From positions 30,748-94,747 of the forward strand of contig JBAOID010000020.1 of NCBI GenBank assembly GCA_037045435.1: a stretch of DNA of 64,000 nt, written 5' to 3'. The notes beneath the pieces were generated by a model, which made no database searches, was not told the origin of the DNA, and saw only the letters and a program-made list of their open reading frames with translations. The position numbers and the translations under genes were made by a program. The stretch comes from Cypionkella sp. (lineage in GTDB: Bacteria; Pseudomonadota; Alphaproteobacteria; Rhodobacterales; Rhodobacteraceae). Numbering within the stretch: position 1 is the stretch's first letter; each line of letters begins with the position of its first letter. Below are positions 27,382 through 37,316 of the stretch, in pieces.

Positions 27382-28382
27382 TTCCCCTTGAAGAGCCCGG
27401 TGGGCATGAACAGCAACACGATGATCAGGATCGAAAAGCTGACGGCAACCTTGTAATCGGTGGACAAAAGCTGCATCAGCCCATCGGGGGCAAGCGACGC
27501 CGGAAGCAGGTAAACCAGAACCTTTTTCCAGGCATAGGTTACAATCACCTCGGAAAAGGCCACGATATAGGCCCCGGCAATGGCGCCAAGAGGCGAGCCA
27601 AGCCCGCCAACAACGGCTGATGCGAATATTGGCAAGAGCAGTTGAAAATAGATGAATGGCCGGAAGGACTTGTCCAATCCGTAGAGTGAGCCTGCGATGA
27701 CAGCGAGGGCCGCTGCGATGACCCAAGTCACCTGAACCACTCGATCCGGATTGATGCCGGACAACAGCGCCAGATCTTCGTTATCGGAAAAAGCGCGCAT
27801 GGATTTGCCGGTGCGGGTCTTTTGCAAGAACCAGAACAGGGCTGCCATGCAGGCAAAGGCCAGAATAACGGTGATGGCTGTGGTGGTCTTGATCGCCACC
27901 CCTTCCGCAAGGCCGGTCCAATTCTTGAACTGTTGAGCGGTGACCACAAAACGTTCGCCATCCGAGAAATTCTGCTCATCCGTGCCGATGATGATGCGCA
28001 CCAATCCGTTCATGATGAACATCACCCCGGCGGAGACGATGACCAGAATGATCGGCTGTGCCTTTTTCTTGCGATAAAAGGCGTAGACGGTCTTGTCGGT
28101 CAGCAGCAAAAGCCCCGCTGTGATGGCAATCGAAAACGGCAGGGCCAGCAGGGCAGTGGGCAAGGGTCCGCCGGTGATCCCCATCGACTGAAACCACCAG
28201 GTGAACAGGATCGTCACCATGGTGCCAAAGGCCATGGTGTCGCCATGGGCGAAATTCGAAAACCGCAGCACTGCGAAGATCAAGGTCACGCCAAGGGCAC
28301 CCAAGGCCAATTGGCTGCCGTAAGACAGTGCTGGCACCACGATATAGTTCAAAATGGCCGCGAGGGCATTGAGGATATCCAT
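27378..28382 (-). CDS. HAAT-family ABC transporter permease, LivH-like
   Basis: MDILNALAAILNYIVVPALSYGSQLALGALGVTLIFAVLRFSNFAHGD... GGAGGG lies before the ATG at 28382. Confidence 0.85.
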   Translation of the reverse strand: MDILNALAAILNYIVVPALSYGSQLALGALGVTLIFAVLRFSNFAHGDTMAFGTMVTILFTWWFQSMGITGGPLPTALLALPFSIAITAGLLLLTDKTVYAFYRKKKAQPIILVIVSAGVMFIMNGLVRIIIGTDEQNFSDGERFVVTAQQFKNWTGLAEGVAIKTTTAITVILAFACMAALFWFLQKTRTGKSMRAFSDNEDLALLSGINPDRVVQVTWVIAAALAVIAGSLYGLDKSFRPFIYFQLLLPIFASAVVGGLGSPLGAIAGAYIVAFSEVIVTYAWKKVLVYLLPASLAPDGLMQLLSTDYKVAVSFSILIIVLLFMPTGLFKGK

Positions 28383-28496
28383 CACATAAGTCCCTCCGAT
28401 TTGACGCAGTCTGGTGTCGCAAGGTAGCGACAAGGCCCGGCAAACCCGGGCGTTGCCTTCAAAAGCGAGGCTGCGATGATCCCGATTGCCATTCTG

Positions 28497-29207
28497 TTAC
28501 CCACCAAGGAACGAGCGGCGAACTTCCGGATCTGCCAGGAGTGCCTGACCAGTCCCGCTAAATCGGTTGCCGCCCTGAACCAGAACATAGCCCTTGTCCG
28601 CAATTTCAAGGGCTTGGCGCGCATTCTGTTCAACCATCAGGATAGAGATCCCGCTGCGGGCAATCTCGATGATGCGGTCAAACAATTCATCCATCACGAT
28701 CGGGCTGACCCCTGCCGTCGGCTCGTCCAGCATCAGCACCTTGGGCTGGGTCATCAAGGCGCGCCCGACTGCCACCTGTTGACGCTGCCCACCCGAAAGC
28801 TCGCCCGCTGCTTGCCGCCGTTTGTCGCGCAGGATCGGAAACAGATCATAGATCTGTTCAATAGTGGCCTTGATGTTGTCGCGCCGAAGAAAGGCCCCCA
28901 TTTCAAGATTTTCTTCCACCGTCATCGACGTGAAGATGTTCTGGGTTTGCGGCACGAAAGCCATGCCCTTGGCCACTCGCGCCTGCGGAGTCAGTTTTGT
29001 GATATCTTCGCCCGCCAGGCGCACCGCACCGTTGCGCAGCTTCAGCATGCCGAACACCGCTTTCATGGCGGTGGATTTGCCAGCGCCATTCGGCCCGACA
29101 ATCACGGCGATCTGCCCCTTTTCGACGGCGATTGTGCAATCGTGCAAGATATCAACCGTGCCGTAGCCCCCGGTCATCGCCTCACCGATCAAAAAGGGTT
29201 CAGCCAT
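28497..29207 (-). CDS. ABC transporter ATP-binding protein, LivF-like
   Basis: GPNGAGKSTAMK (Walker A), LSGGQRQQVAVGRAL (signature), LMLDEPTAG (Walker B). Confidence 0.9.
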   Translation of the reverse strand: MAEPFLIGEAMTGGYGTVDILHDCTIAVEKGQIAVIVGPNGAGKSTAMKAVFGMLKLRNGAVRLAGEDITKLTPQARVAKGMAFVPQTQNIFTSMTVEENLEMGAFLRRDNIKATIEQIYDLFPILRDKRRQAAGELSGGQRQQVAVGRALMTQPKVLMLDEPTAGVSPIVMDELFDRIIEIARSGISILMVEQNARQALEIADKGYVLVQGGNRFSGTGQALLADPEVRRSFLGG

Positions 29208-29988
29208 GCGCCGCGTCCTTCACCTTGTTCTTCAGCCCCGTGCCCAGATAGGCCTCGATCACACGTTCATTGTTCTTGATCTCATCCACCGTGCCCTGTG
29301 CCAGAACGTGGCCTTCGGCCATGCAGATCACCGGATCGCAAAGCCGGGCAATGAAATCCATATCGTGCTCAATCGCGCAGAAAGTATAGCCGCGCTCTTT
29401 GTTCAACCGGATGATCGCATCGCCAATGGTGTTCAACAGGGTGCGGTTCACGCCCGCGCCCACCTCGTCAAGAAATACGATCTTGGCATCCACCATCATG
29501 GTGCGGCCCAGTTCCAACAGCTTTTTCTGCCCGCCCGAGATATTGGCGGCCTGCTGATCGGCAAGATGGCTGATGGTCAGGAAATCAAGCACTTCGTCGG
29601 CTTTCTCGGCCAGGCGCCGCTCTTGTATGGCTACGGCACCGCGGCGAAAGCAGGCATTCCAGATGCTCTCCCCAGATTGCCCGGCGGGCACCATCATCAG
29701 GTTTTCCCGTACGGTCATGCTGCCGAATTCATGGGCAATCTGAAAGGTGCGCAGCAAGCCCTTGTCGAACAGCACATGCGGCGGCAGGCCGGTGATATCC
29801 TCGCCATCCATGATGACGCGGCCCGAGCTGGGTGGCAAACGGCCCGCAATCACGTTGAACAGCGTGGTTTTTCCCGCGCCATTGGGGCCGATCAGCCCGG
29901 TAATCGAGCCGGTCTCGATCCGCAGCGAGGCGCCGTCAACGGCACGGAATGCGCCGAAATGTCGGTGCAGATTCTGGACTTCGATCAT
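29200..29988 (-). CDS. ABC transporter ATP-binding protein, LivG-like
   Basis: MIEVQNLHRHFGAFRAVDGASLRIETGSITGLIGPNGAGKTTLFN...ISGGQKKLLELGR...VFLDEVGAG. Confidence 0.9.
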   Translation of the reverse strand: MIEVQNLHRHFGAFRAVDGASLRIETGSITGLIGPNGAGKTTLFNVIAGRLPPSSGRVIMDGEDITGLPPHVLFDKGLLRTFQIAHEFGSMTVRENLMMVPAGQSGESIWNACFRRGAVAIQERRLAEKADEVLDFLTISHLADQQAANISGGQKKLLELGRTMMVDAKIVFLDEVGAGVNRTLLNTIGDAIIRLNKERGYTFCAIEHDMDFIARLCDPVICMAEGHVLAQGTVDEIKNNERVIEAYLGTGLKNKVKDAAHG

Positions 29989-30102
29989 GCTTTCCCCCTG
30001 ATTGCGGCCTCTTGTCATGCGTTATCGCAAGCGGGTCGCCTTACCAGACAGCAACGGCCCAAGGAATTCCTCGGGCCGCGCCAGTTCTCTGAAGTTACAA
30101 GC

Positions 30103-31293
30103 TCAATGGAACTTCACGGTTTCGTATTTGCCACCTTTGACGACGAACTCGCGATAGCGGCCAGCGCTTTCGCCAGGTCCGATCAGTTCGACACCCGAGG
30201 CGCCATCGTAGTCGATGTCAACGCCCTGGCTGACCAACTCCATCGCCTTGCCCAATTCGCCGGGAAGGATTTTCTCACCCGGTGCATTGGCGATATCCAT
30301 GATCTTGTCTTTGTAGACCTTGGAGTCGGTGCTGCCGGCTGCCTGCATCGCCAACATGATCAGCGCTGCGGCGTCATAGGATTCCATGGAATAGGCCGAG
30401 GTTGCGTCAAAAGGCGGGGTTGCAGCCTTGGCCATCTCGGTCAGGATCGCCGCTCCGGCGCTATCGGATTGCGCAATCTGCCCATAAGAGCCGTCCAGCG
30501 CCGGTCCGATGTTTTTGGGCAGGTTGTCGCCGACCATGCCGCCGGGCAGGCCGAACTGGGTGAAAGCACCCGAGTCGAGCGAGGCCTGAATGATCCCCTT
30601 GCCGCCCTGATCAAGATAGCCGGCTACCACCAGAAGATCGCCTCCCGCTGCGGCCAGCGAGGCGACCTCGGCGGAATAGTCGGCTTTGCCGTCATCATGC
30701 GGCGCGTTGATGGTAACGGTGCCGCCTTTGGCGATGAAAGCCGCAGATATTGCCTCGGACAGGCCCTTTCCGTAATCGGTGTTGGAATAGGTCAGGGCGA
30801 TGGATTTGACACCATGCTCGACCAGAACGTCCGCCATCACTTCGCCTTCACGGGCGTCAGAGGGCGAGGTGCGGAAGAACAGCCCATCATCCTCGGCGGT
30901 GGAAAGGGCAGGCGAGGTGGCCGAAGGAGACACCATCACGATGCCATTCGGGCGCGCGACATTTTGCAAGACGGCGGCGGTGACGCCCGAGCAATCGCCA
31001 CCCACGATGCCTTTGACGCCTTCGGCGGTGACCAGACGCTCACCAGCGGCAGTGGCCGCAGCCGAGTCGCCACAGGTCGAGTCGCCGCGAACCGGGACAA
31101 ACACCCAGCCATTGGCGGCTTTGCCAGCGTCATTGACCTCTTTCATGGCCAGTTCGGCCGCGCCGGCCATATGGCCGGTCAAGGATTCGATCGGGCCGGT
31201 GAAGCCGATCAGAATGCCGATTTTCACATCTTCGGCGCCAGCAGCACCAGCCATGAGTGCCGAAGCAGCCGTGGCCAAAAGTAGTTTTTTCAT
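30103..31293 (-). CDS. periplasmic substrate-binding protein of the HAAT-type ABC transporter
   Basis: MKKLLLATAASALMAGAAGA (signal peptide) EDVKIGILIGFTGPIESL... is a type I PBP fold pattern. The ligand cannot be inferred. Confidence 0.85.
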   Translation of the reverse strand: MKKLLLATAASALMAGAAGAEDVKIGILIGFTGPIESLTGHMAGAAELAMKEVNDAGKAANGWVFVPVRGDSTCGDSAAATAAGERLVTAEGVKGIVGGDCSGVTAAVLQNVARPNGIVMVSPSATSPALSTAEDDGLFFRTSPSDAREGEVMADVLVEHGVKSIALTYSNTDYGKGLSEAISAAFIAKGGTVTINAPHDDGKADYSAEVASLAAAGGDLLVVAGYLDQGGKGIIQASLDSGAFTQFGLPGGMVGDNLPKNIGPALDGSYGQIAQSDSAGAAILTEMAKAATPPFDATSAYSMESYDAAALIMLAMQAAGSTDSKVYKDKIMDIANAPGEKILPGELGKAMELVSQGVDIDYDGASGVELIGPGESAGRYREFVVKGGKYETVKFH

Positions 31294-31475
31294 TGTTAAC
31301 TCCCATGTTGGATCGCAATCCCATTGTCGAACCTAGAATGTGGACTTCAAAAAGGAAAGCAGGCTTTGTATTTTCTTGATCGGTCTTTGCAAGCGCCGAA
31401 TTTTGCGATGCTATGCATGGACAATCAATGCTTCAAGCCTAAAATATCTGTCACACCAAGATCGGATCAACCGGA

Positions 31476-32498
31476 TCAGATCGACAGCCTGCCAAGGATC
31501 GGCGAAGCTACCCCTTGGCTGCCACGCTCCCGGTAGGGCGTTGTATTGTAATGGCTTCGGTAGCATTTCGAAAAATGCGACGGGCTGGCGAAACCGCAGG
31601 CAAGCGCCACGTTGATCACGCTCATATCGGTTTGCATCAGCAAGTTGCGCGCTTTTTGCAGGCGGATTTCCATGTAATAGCGTTTTGGGCTTCGGTTGAG
31701 ATAACGCCGAAACAGTCGCTCGAGTTGCCGTGTGGACATTCCAACCTTGTCGGCCAGATCGGCCGGTGTCATCGGATCTTCGATATTGCCTTCCATCATC
31801 TGGATGACTTGTGAAAGTTTTGGGTGCCGCACGCCAATTCTCGTCGGGATCGACAGGCGCTGCGTGTCCTGATCGGTGCGGATCGTCGAATAGATCATCA
31901 GATCGGCAACGTTGTTGGCCAGATCTTCGCCGTGATCGGACGCGATGATGCGCAGCATCAGGTCGATCGACGAAATGCCGCCCGCGGTGGACCATCGGTT
32001 GCCTTCCATCACGAACACCGATTTCGTCAGCGTCACCTGATCGAACTCTTCGGCAAAACCATCCTGATTTTCCCAATGAATCGTTGCTTTCTTGCCTTCG
32101 AGCAACCCGGCTTTGGCCAAGGCATAGGATCCGGTGCACAGACCCCCAATGGCAATCCCGCGCCGCGCTTCACGGCGAAGCCAGTTCACGACCGCCTTGG
32201 TCGTGGTCCGCTGAATCTCGATGCCGCCGCAGACCAGAATCGTATCTTCACGCTCGACTTCCGTCAGGCCAAAGTCCAGTTTGAAGGTTGCCCCGTTCGA
32301 GCAGGTCTTTTCAACGCCGCCTTCGCCGCAGAGCGCCCAAGTGTAGATCGGCTCGCCGACAGCGTGATTTGCCAGGCGCAGAGACTCGATTGCCCCGGCG
32401 AAATTGATCATGGTGAATTTGTCCAACAGCAAAAACACAAATCGCCGCGGGACGGCAGATTTGGCAACCTGAGTGGCTTTGCGCGAAGGGGTGGACAT
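31476..32498 (-). CDS. GlxA-family transcriptional regulator (DJ-1/PfpI-like domain + AraC HTH)
   Basis: ...FVFLLLDKFTMINFAGAIESLRLAN...GLCTGSYALAKAGLL... and C-terminal ...MSTRQLERLFRRYLNRSPKRYYMEIRLQKARNLL...GFASPSHFSKCYR. Confidence 0.85.
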   Translation of the reverse strand: MSTPSRKATQVAKSAVPRRFVFLLLDKFTMINFAGAIESLRLANHAVGEPIYTWALCGEGGVEKTCSNGATFKLDFGLTEVEREDTILVCGGIEIQRTTTKAVVNWLRREARRGIAIGGLCTGSYALAKAGLLEGKKATIHWENQDGFAEEFDQVTLTKSVFVMEGNRWSTAGGISSIDLMLRIIASDHGEDLANNVADLMIYSTIRTDQDTQRLSIPTRIGVRHPKLSQVIQMMEGNIEDPMTPADLADKVGMSTRQLERLFRRYLNRSPKRYYMEIRLQKARNLLMQTDMSVINVALACGFASPSHFSKCYRSHYNTTPYRERGSQGVASPILGRLSI

Positions 32499-32653
32499 CT
32501 TGCGACCTAATCTGTCGTTTTCCGTGGGTAGGGAAACAGGAATTCAGGGCAGCCGCAAGGGCAATCAAGGGCTGCAAGCGGCTTTGGGTCTTTGCATTTC
32601 CTGCACTTCTTCGTATATGGCACCCGATACCGCTAACTTAAGGAATAGCCCCC

Positions 32654-34024
32654 ATGACCAAGGGATGGACAAAAGCAGATTGGCGCGCGAAACCGAGGGT
32701 GCAGATGCCGGATTACCCGGATGCGGGTGTGCTCAACGGCGTTGAGGCGCAACTGGCGAAATATCCGCCGCTGGTCTTTGCGGGCGAGGCAAGGAAACTG
32801 AAAAAGCAGTTGGCGCTTGCCGCCGAGGGCAAGGCGTTTCTTTTGCAGGGCGGCGATTGTGCCGAGAGTTTTGCCGAATTCAGTGCCGACAATATCCGCG
32901 ATACCTTTCGGGTAATGCTGCAAATGGCTGTCGTGCTGACCTATGGTGCCAAGGTGCCGGTGATCAAGGTTGGCCGAATGGCGGGTCAGTTTGCCAAGCC
33001 GCGCTCGGCGGGCACCGAAGTGATCGACGGGGTGGAACTGCCCAGCTATCGCGGTGACATCATCAACGGGTTTGATTTCACCGCCGAGGCCCGCATTCCC
33101 GATCCGCAGCGCATGTTGCAGGCCTATACCCAAGCGGCCGCCTCGCTGAACCTGTTGCGCGCCTTCTCGACCGGTGGTTTTGCCGATATCCACCGCGTTC
33201 ACAGTTGGACCCTGGGCTTTGCCGAGCATGACAAGGCCGAGCGTTACCGTGAGTTGTCGAACCGCATTTCTGACGCGCTTGATTTCATGAACGCCGCCGG
33301 GATCAATTCGGAAACCGCGCATACGCTTTCAACGGTGGAATTCTACACCAGCCACGAAGCCTTGTTGTTGGAATATGAAGAGGCGATGTGCCGGGTTGAC
33401 AGCATCACGGGCCAGAACGTGGCCGGCTCGGGCCATATGATCTGGATCGGTGACCGCACCCGCCAGCCCGACGGCGCGCATGTCGAATTCTGCCGTGGGG
33501 TCTTGAACCCGATTGGTCTGAAATGCGGGCCGTCAACCACTGCCGACGACCTGAAAGTGCTGATGGCCAAGCTGAACCCCGCCAATGAGGCGGGCCGCTT
33601 GACCCTTATCGCCCGTTTTGGGGCTGGCAAAGTGGGTGACAACCTGCCGCGCCTGATCAAGGCGGTGAAGGACGAGGGGGCGAATGTCGTCTGGTCTTGC
33701 GATCCGATGCACGGCAACACCATCAAGGCGGCTTCGGGTTACAAGACCCGCCCGTTTGATTCGGTGCTGCGCGAGGTGCGTGAGTTCTTCCAGATCCACA
33801 AGGCCGAGGGCACGGTTCCGGGCGGTGTGCATTTCGAGATGACCGGTAAGGACGTAACTGAATGCACCGGCGGTTTGCGCGCGGTGACGGATGAGAACCT
33901 GTCGGACCGCTACCACACCGCTTGCGATCCGCGCTTGAATGCCTCGCAATCGCTGGAATTGGCCTTTCTGGTGTCGGAAGAGCTTTCGGCCCAACGTCAG
34001 GCCGCGCATCGCGTCGCACTTTGA
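32654..34024 (+). CDS. class II (plant-like) 3-deoxy-7-phosphoheptulonate synthase
   Basis: [23 protein letters not shown]...[14 protein letters not shown]...[12 protein letters not shown]...DPMHGNT. Confidence 0.9.
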   Translation: MTKGWTKADWRAKPRVQMPDYPDAGVLNGVEAQLAKYPPLVFAGEARKLKKQLALAAEGKAFLLQGGDCAESFAEFSADNIRDTFRVMLQMAVVLTYGAKVPVIKVGRMAGQFAKPRSAGTEVIDGVELPSYRGDIINGFDFTAEARIPDPQRMLQAYTQAAASLNLLRAFSTGGFADIHRVHSWTLGFAEHDKAERYRELSNRISDALDFMNAAGINSETAHTLSTVEFYTSHEALLLEYEEAMCRVDSITGQNVAGSGHMIWIGDRTRQPDGAHVEFCRGVLNPIGLKCGPSTTADDLKVLMAKLNPANEAGRLTLIARFGAGKVGDNLPRLIKAVKDEGANVVWSCDPMHGNTIKAASGYKTRPFDSVLREVREFFQIHKAEGTVPGGVHFEMTGKDVTECTGGLRAVTDENLSDRYHTACDPRLNASQSLELAFLVSEELSAQRQAAHRVAL

Positions 34025-34043
34025 AGCGGTAAGACCGGTTGCA

Positions 34044-34075
34044 AAAGGGCAGGGGGCAACCTCTGCCCTTTGTCT
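34044..34075 (+). terminator. hairpin/terminator after the DAHP synthase gene
   Basis: AAAGGGCAG-ggggcaacct-CTGCCCTTT followed by gtctg. Confidence 0.4.
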
Positions 34076-34088
34076 GCCCAAACCCCAT

Positions 34089-34727
34089 TCAGTCGCGGGA
34101 ACTGACCAGCCTGAGCATCGGCGTAGCCGAACCGGAAATGGTGGGCTTTGGGAGGGCTTTGGCCGGAACATGGCCTTGCAAAGGTGCAAGAACCGCCCCG
34201 ATCGGTTCGCTGACATAGCCCGAGATGACAAACCGGCGGGGGGCACGCCCGACTTCTCCGTCAAGCGCCAGACAGCCCAGAAGCAGGTCAGGCTCGGCCA
34301 GCGTGCCGATTAGCGGCAACAGCACCATGCGGGCTGCAAGCGGCGCGCGGGCAAGTCCGCACTCTGCTTGCAACCACAGATCAACCACTGCGTGCCGGAT
34401 AAAGGAGGTTTCCATCGCCTCGGACAGGCGCGGCCTTGCCGAAGGCTCGAACAGCGCGCTCAGCGGCATTCCGCGCAAATCCATTGCCAACAGGTCGTGC
34501 AATTGTGAGCCTGCAATGCGAAAGCGGGCATGGCCCGGCGCGATACGCTCGATCAAGAACACCTGTCCCAACGCATCGGACAGGCCCCGTGGGTCGATCT
34601 GGTCACGATGGGGCAGGCCGCCCGGTGGCCGAAGCGCTTCCCAATAGGCGCGCACCTGTTGAACGGCCACAAGGCTGTTGGGGTTTCCGGTTGTCGGCGT
34701 GGAATTGCCAATGATCGTCAGTGCCAT
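34089..34727 (-). CDS. PAS-like (PAS_5/DUF1457-type) domain protein
   Basis: MALTIIGNS...VRAYWEALRPPGGLPHRDQIDPRGLSDALGQVFLIERIAPGHARFRIAGSQLHDLL is the pattern typical of that alphaproteobacterial family. The internal ATG at 34727 is chosen as the start. Confidence 0.6.
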   Translation of the reverse strand: MALTIIGNSTPTTGNPNSLVAVQQVRAYWEALRPPGGLPHRDQIDPRGLSDALGQVFLIERIAPGHARFRIAGSQLHDLLAMDLRGMPLSALFEPSARPRLSEAMETSFIRHAVVDLWLQAECGLARAPLAARMVLLPLIGTLAEPDLLLGCLALDGEVGRAPRRFVISGYVSEPIGAVLAPLQGHVPAKALPKPTISGSATPMLRLVSSRD

Positions 34728-34886
34728 CGCTCTTTCCCAGCTTATTTTCTGATGTTGAAACGCAATGAGGGTTAATTCCGCTGCAACACCTGTTACCAAG
34801 ATCTTAAGGTTACACCCGTGATCGACATTTTGGCGGGAAATCTCGACAAATGGTAAATACTCGAACGTCTTGGGGAAGAAGTGGCA

Positions 34887-35780
34887 ATGACGGTATCAAT
34901 GACAGGGTTTGCTGCAGCCAAGGGGCACGGGGCTGGCCATAGCTGGAGTTGGGATTTGCGGTCGGTCAATGGCAAGGGGCTTGATCTGCGGCTGCGGGTG
35001 CCAGAGTGGATTGACGGATTGGAGCCCGCTCTGCGCGCAGAATTGTCGCGCGCATTGCAACGTGGCAATGTCAGCCTGGCGCTCAAGGTGATGCGGGATG
35101 GGTCTGATGGGACGGATACCCGCATCAACACCACCGCCCTGGCCGGAGTGCTGGCCGCTTTGCATCAGGTCGAGCAGGCAGCGATGGAGGCGGGCGTTAC
35201 TTTGGGCCAACCCACCGGGGCCGATGTTCTGGCCGTGCGTGGCGTGATGGAGGCGAGTGTTGCCGAAACCGACACGGCGGCGTTGCGTCAGGCGATTCTG
35301 GGCGATCTCTCTGCCCTGATCGCCGCGTTCACAGCCATGCGTCAAGCTGAAGGCCAGGCGTTGAACGCGGTTGTTGCAGCGCAACTTGCAATGATCGGCA
35401 ATCTGGTTGCGGATGGCCTTCGCGAAGCCGAGGCGCGGCGGAGTGTCAGCGCAACCAATCTGCGCGATGCCCTGCGCCGGGTTCTCGACAATGTTGACGG
35501 GCTGGATGAGCAGCGACTTGCTCAGGAGCTTGCCTTGCTGGCGGTAAGGAACGATGTGACCGAGGAGTTGGACCGGCTTTCGGCCCATATCGTTGCCGCA
35601 GGTTCCTTGCTTGCAGACAGCGGGCCGGTTGGCCGGAAGTTTGATTTCCTGATGCAGGAATTCATGCGCGAGGCCAATACATTGTGCTCGAAATCGCAAT
35701 CGCTTGCCCTGACGCGGATCGGGCTTGACCTCAAGACCGTGATCGACCAGATGCGCGAACAAGTTCAGAATGTGGAATAA
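34887..35780 (+). CDS. yicC: YicC family stress-induced protein/endoribonuclease
   Basis: MTVSMTGFAAAKG... N-terminus and C-terminal ...GRKFDFLMQEFMREANTLCSKS...KTVIDQMREQVQNVE. Confidence 0.85.
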   Translation: MTVSMTGFAAAKGHGAGHSWSWDLRSVNGKGLDLRLRVPEWIDGLEPALRAELSRALQRGNVSLALKVMRDGSDGTDTRINTTALAGVLAALHQVEQAAMEAGVTLGQPTGADVLAVRGVMEASVAETDTAALRQAILGDLSALIAAFTAMRQAEGQALNAVVAAQLAMIGNLVADGLREAEARRSVSATNLRDALRRVLDNVDGLDEQRLAQELALLAVRNDVTEELDRLSAHIVAAGSLLADSGPVGRKFDFLMQEFMREANTLCSKSQSLALTRIGLDLKTVIDQMREQVQNVE

Positions 35781-35783
35781 GCC

Positions 35784-36419
35784 ATGCAACGGCGCGGACT
35801 TCTGTTGATTCTTTCTTCGCCGTCAGGTGCCGGCAAATCCACCTTGGCACGGCGCTTGATGGAGTGGGATCCAACCTTGCGGTTCTCGGTATCCGCGACA
35901 ACCCGGGCGCCAAGGCCGGGAGAGGTGGACGGGCGCGATTACCATTTCAGCGGTCGCGCGGAGTTCGAGGCGATGGTGCAAGGCGGTCAGATGCTGGAAC
36001 ATGCCGAGGTTTTCGGCAATTTCTATGGCAGCCCCCGCGCACCGGTTGAAGCCGCCATGAATGAAGGCCGCGACACCCTGTTTGATATCGACTGGCAAGG
36101 CGGTCAGCAAATCCGCAACTCGGCGCTGGGGCGCGATGCGGTGTCGATCTTTGTGTTGCCGCCGTCGATTGCCGAATTGGAGCGCCGGTTGCGCTCACGC
36201 GCGCAAGACAGTGATGCGGTCATTGCCGGGCGCATGGCCAAAAGCCGCGACGAAATCAGCCATTGGGCCGAGTATGATTATGTCTTGATCAACAATGACA
36301 TCGACGCGGCTTTCGCGGAATTGGCGACCATCTTGCAGGCCGAACGGATGCGGCGTGACCGCCAGCCCGCGCTTTCGGAATTTGTCCGCAGTTTGAACAA
36401 GGAGTTTGAAACCCGATGA
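35784..36419 (+). CDS. gmk: guanylate kinase
   Basis: [23 protein letters not shown]...[21 protein letters not shown]. Confidence 0.9.
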   Translation: MQRRGLLLILSSPSGAGKSTLARRLMEWDPTLRFSVSATTRAPRPGEVDGRDYHFSGRAEFEAMVQGGQMLEHAEVFGNFYGSPRAPVEAAMNEGRDTLFDIDWQGGQQIRNSALGRDAVSIFVLPPSIAELERRLRSRAQDSDAVIAGRMAKSRDEISHWAEYDYVLINNDIDAAFAELATILQAERMRRDRQPALSEFVRSLNKEFETR

Positions 36420-36937
36420 TTTACGCTTTGGACGAAGTTGCGCCAGCCATTGCAGCCACCGCTTGGGTTGCGCCCAGTGCCGATGTGATCGGGCGCGTGG
36501 TTTTGGAGGATACCGCCAGTATCTGGTTTGGTGCGGTGTTGCGCGGCGACAACGAGCAAATCCGCATCGGTCGTGGCTCGAACGTGCAGGAAAATTCCGT
36601 TCTGCACACTGATATGGGCTATCCTCTGAGCGTGGGCGAGAATTGCACCATCGGCCACAAGGCGATGCTGCACGGCTGCACCATTGGCGATGGCAGTCTG
36701 ATCGGCATGGGGGCCACGATCTTGAACGGGGCAGTGATCGGCAAAGGCTGTCTGATCGGCGCTTGCGCCTTGATCACCGAAGGCAAGGTGATCCCGGATG
36801 GCAGTCTGGTGATGGGGGCACCTGGCAAGGTGGTGCGGATGCTGGACGCCGAGGCGCAGGCAAGGCTTTTGCTGTCGGCGGCCGGGTATCAGGAAAATGC
36901 CAGACGGTTTGCCAAGGGAATGACGCCTTTGAAATGA
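36416..36937 (+). CDS. gamma-carbonic anhydrase family (left-handed beta-helix) protein
   Basis: [64 protein letters not shown]... hexapeptide repeats. Confidence 0.85.
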   Translation: MIYALDEVAPAIAATAWVAPSADVIGRVVLEDTASIWFGAVLRGDNEQIRIGRGSNVQENSVLHTDMGYPLSVGENCTIGHKAMLHGCTIGDGSLIGMGATILNGAVIGKGCLIGACALITEGKVIPDGSLVMGAPGKVVRMLDAEAQARLLLSAAGYQENARRFAKGMTPLK

Positions 36938-36957
36938 AAAAGGCCCCAATCGGGGCC
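36937..36957 (-). terminator. terminator of the DUF1127 mini-gene (hairpin shared with the convergent gamma-CA gene)
   Basis: The minus strand reads GGCCCC-gatt-GGGGCC followed by TTTTT. Confidence 0.6.
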
Positions 36958-36980
36958 CAAGACATCCTTTCTGGATGGAT

Positions 36981-37142
36981 TCAGCCCCAGACGGCTTTGC
37001 GGGCAATGGCCTCGGCATCCCCGGGGAAGATCCCCAGATCGAGCGCGACATGGCGCGGCATCGAGGCAATCTCATCGCGGGTGCGGCGGTAAAGCGCACG
37101 TTTCTCGGCGGCGTCACGGATTCTGGCAATAATCGAGTTCAT
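36981..37142 (-). CDS. DUF1127 domain small protein (53 aa)
   Basis: Below the 60-aa track cutoff. Hand translation: MNSIIARIRDAAEKRALYRRTRDEIASMPRHVALDLGIFPGDAEAIARKAVWG. The R-rich core and C-terminal ..A.K/R.A..G resemble DUF1127 proteins. AGGAAA precedes the ATG and GC3 is high. Confidence 0.75.
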   Translation of the reverse strand: MNSIIARIRDAAEKRALYRRTRDEIASMPRHVALDLGIFPGDAEAIARKAVWG

Positions 37143-37216
37143 AATGTTTCCTTTCCTCTGCGATGACGCGGCCCGGATGGCTTTGTCCCTGTTCGCATAG
37201 GCAGGATATAGGAACT

Positions 37217-37230
37217 ATGGTGGCGCTAAC
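37217..37230. promoter_or_regulatory. imperfect copy (TGGTGGCGCTAACA) of the GTTAGCGCTAAC-type operator, about 75 nt upstream of the DUF1127 gene
   Basis: Read directly. The right half-site GCGCTAACA is intact and the left half is degenerate. Confidence 0.3.
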
Positions 37231-37276
37231 AATCCCTATTGCTGCGCTGCGGCATTGCGCCCAGCGCATAGCTTGA

Positions 37277-37301
37277 TTGGGGGCGAATGATGCGCCCCCA
37301 A
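37277..37301 (-). terminator. 9-bp hairpin just downstream of gap
   Basis: TTGGGGGCG-aatgatg-CGCCCCCAA. No clear U-tract. Confidence 0.35.
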
Positions 37302-37316
37302 CCTTTCACCATTTGA

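Noticed and set aside
29206-31284. 692-aa plus-strand ORF
   Set aside because: It is antisense to the LivG-like ATPase and the substrate-binding protein genes. It has no motifs and a biased R/G/A/H composition, so it is a shadow ORF.
36938-36980. CcsR/cuckoo-type sRNA repeats downstream of the DUF1127 gene
   Set aside because: Only about 40 nt containing a single terminator hairpin follow the gene, and there are no CCUCCUCCC loops.
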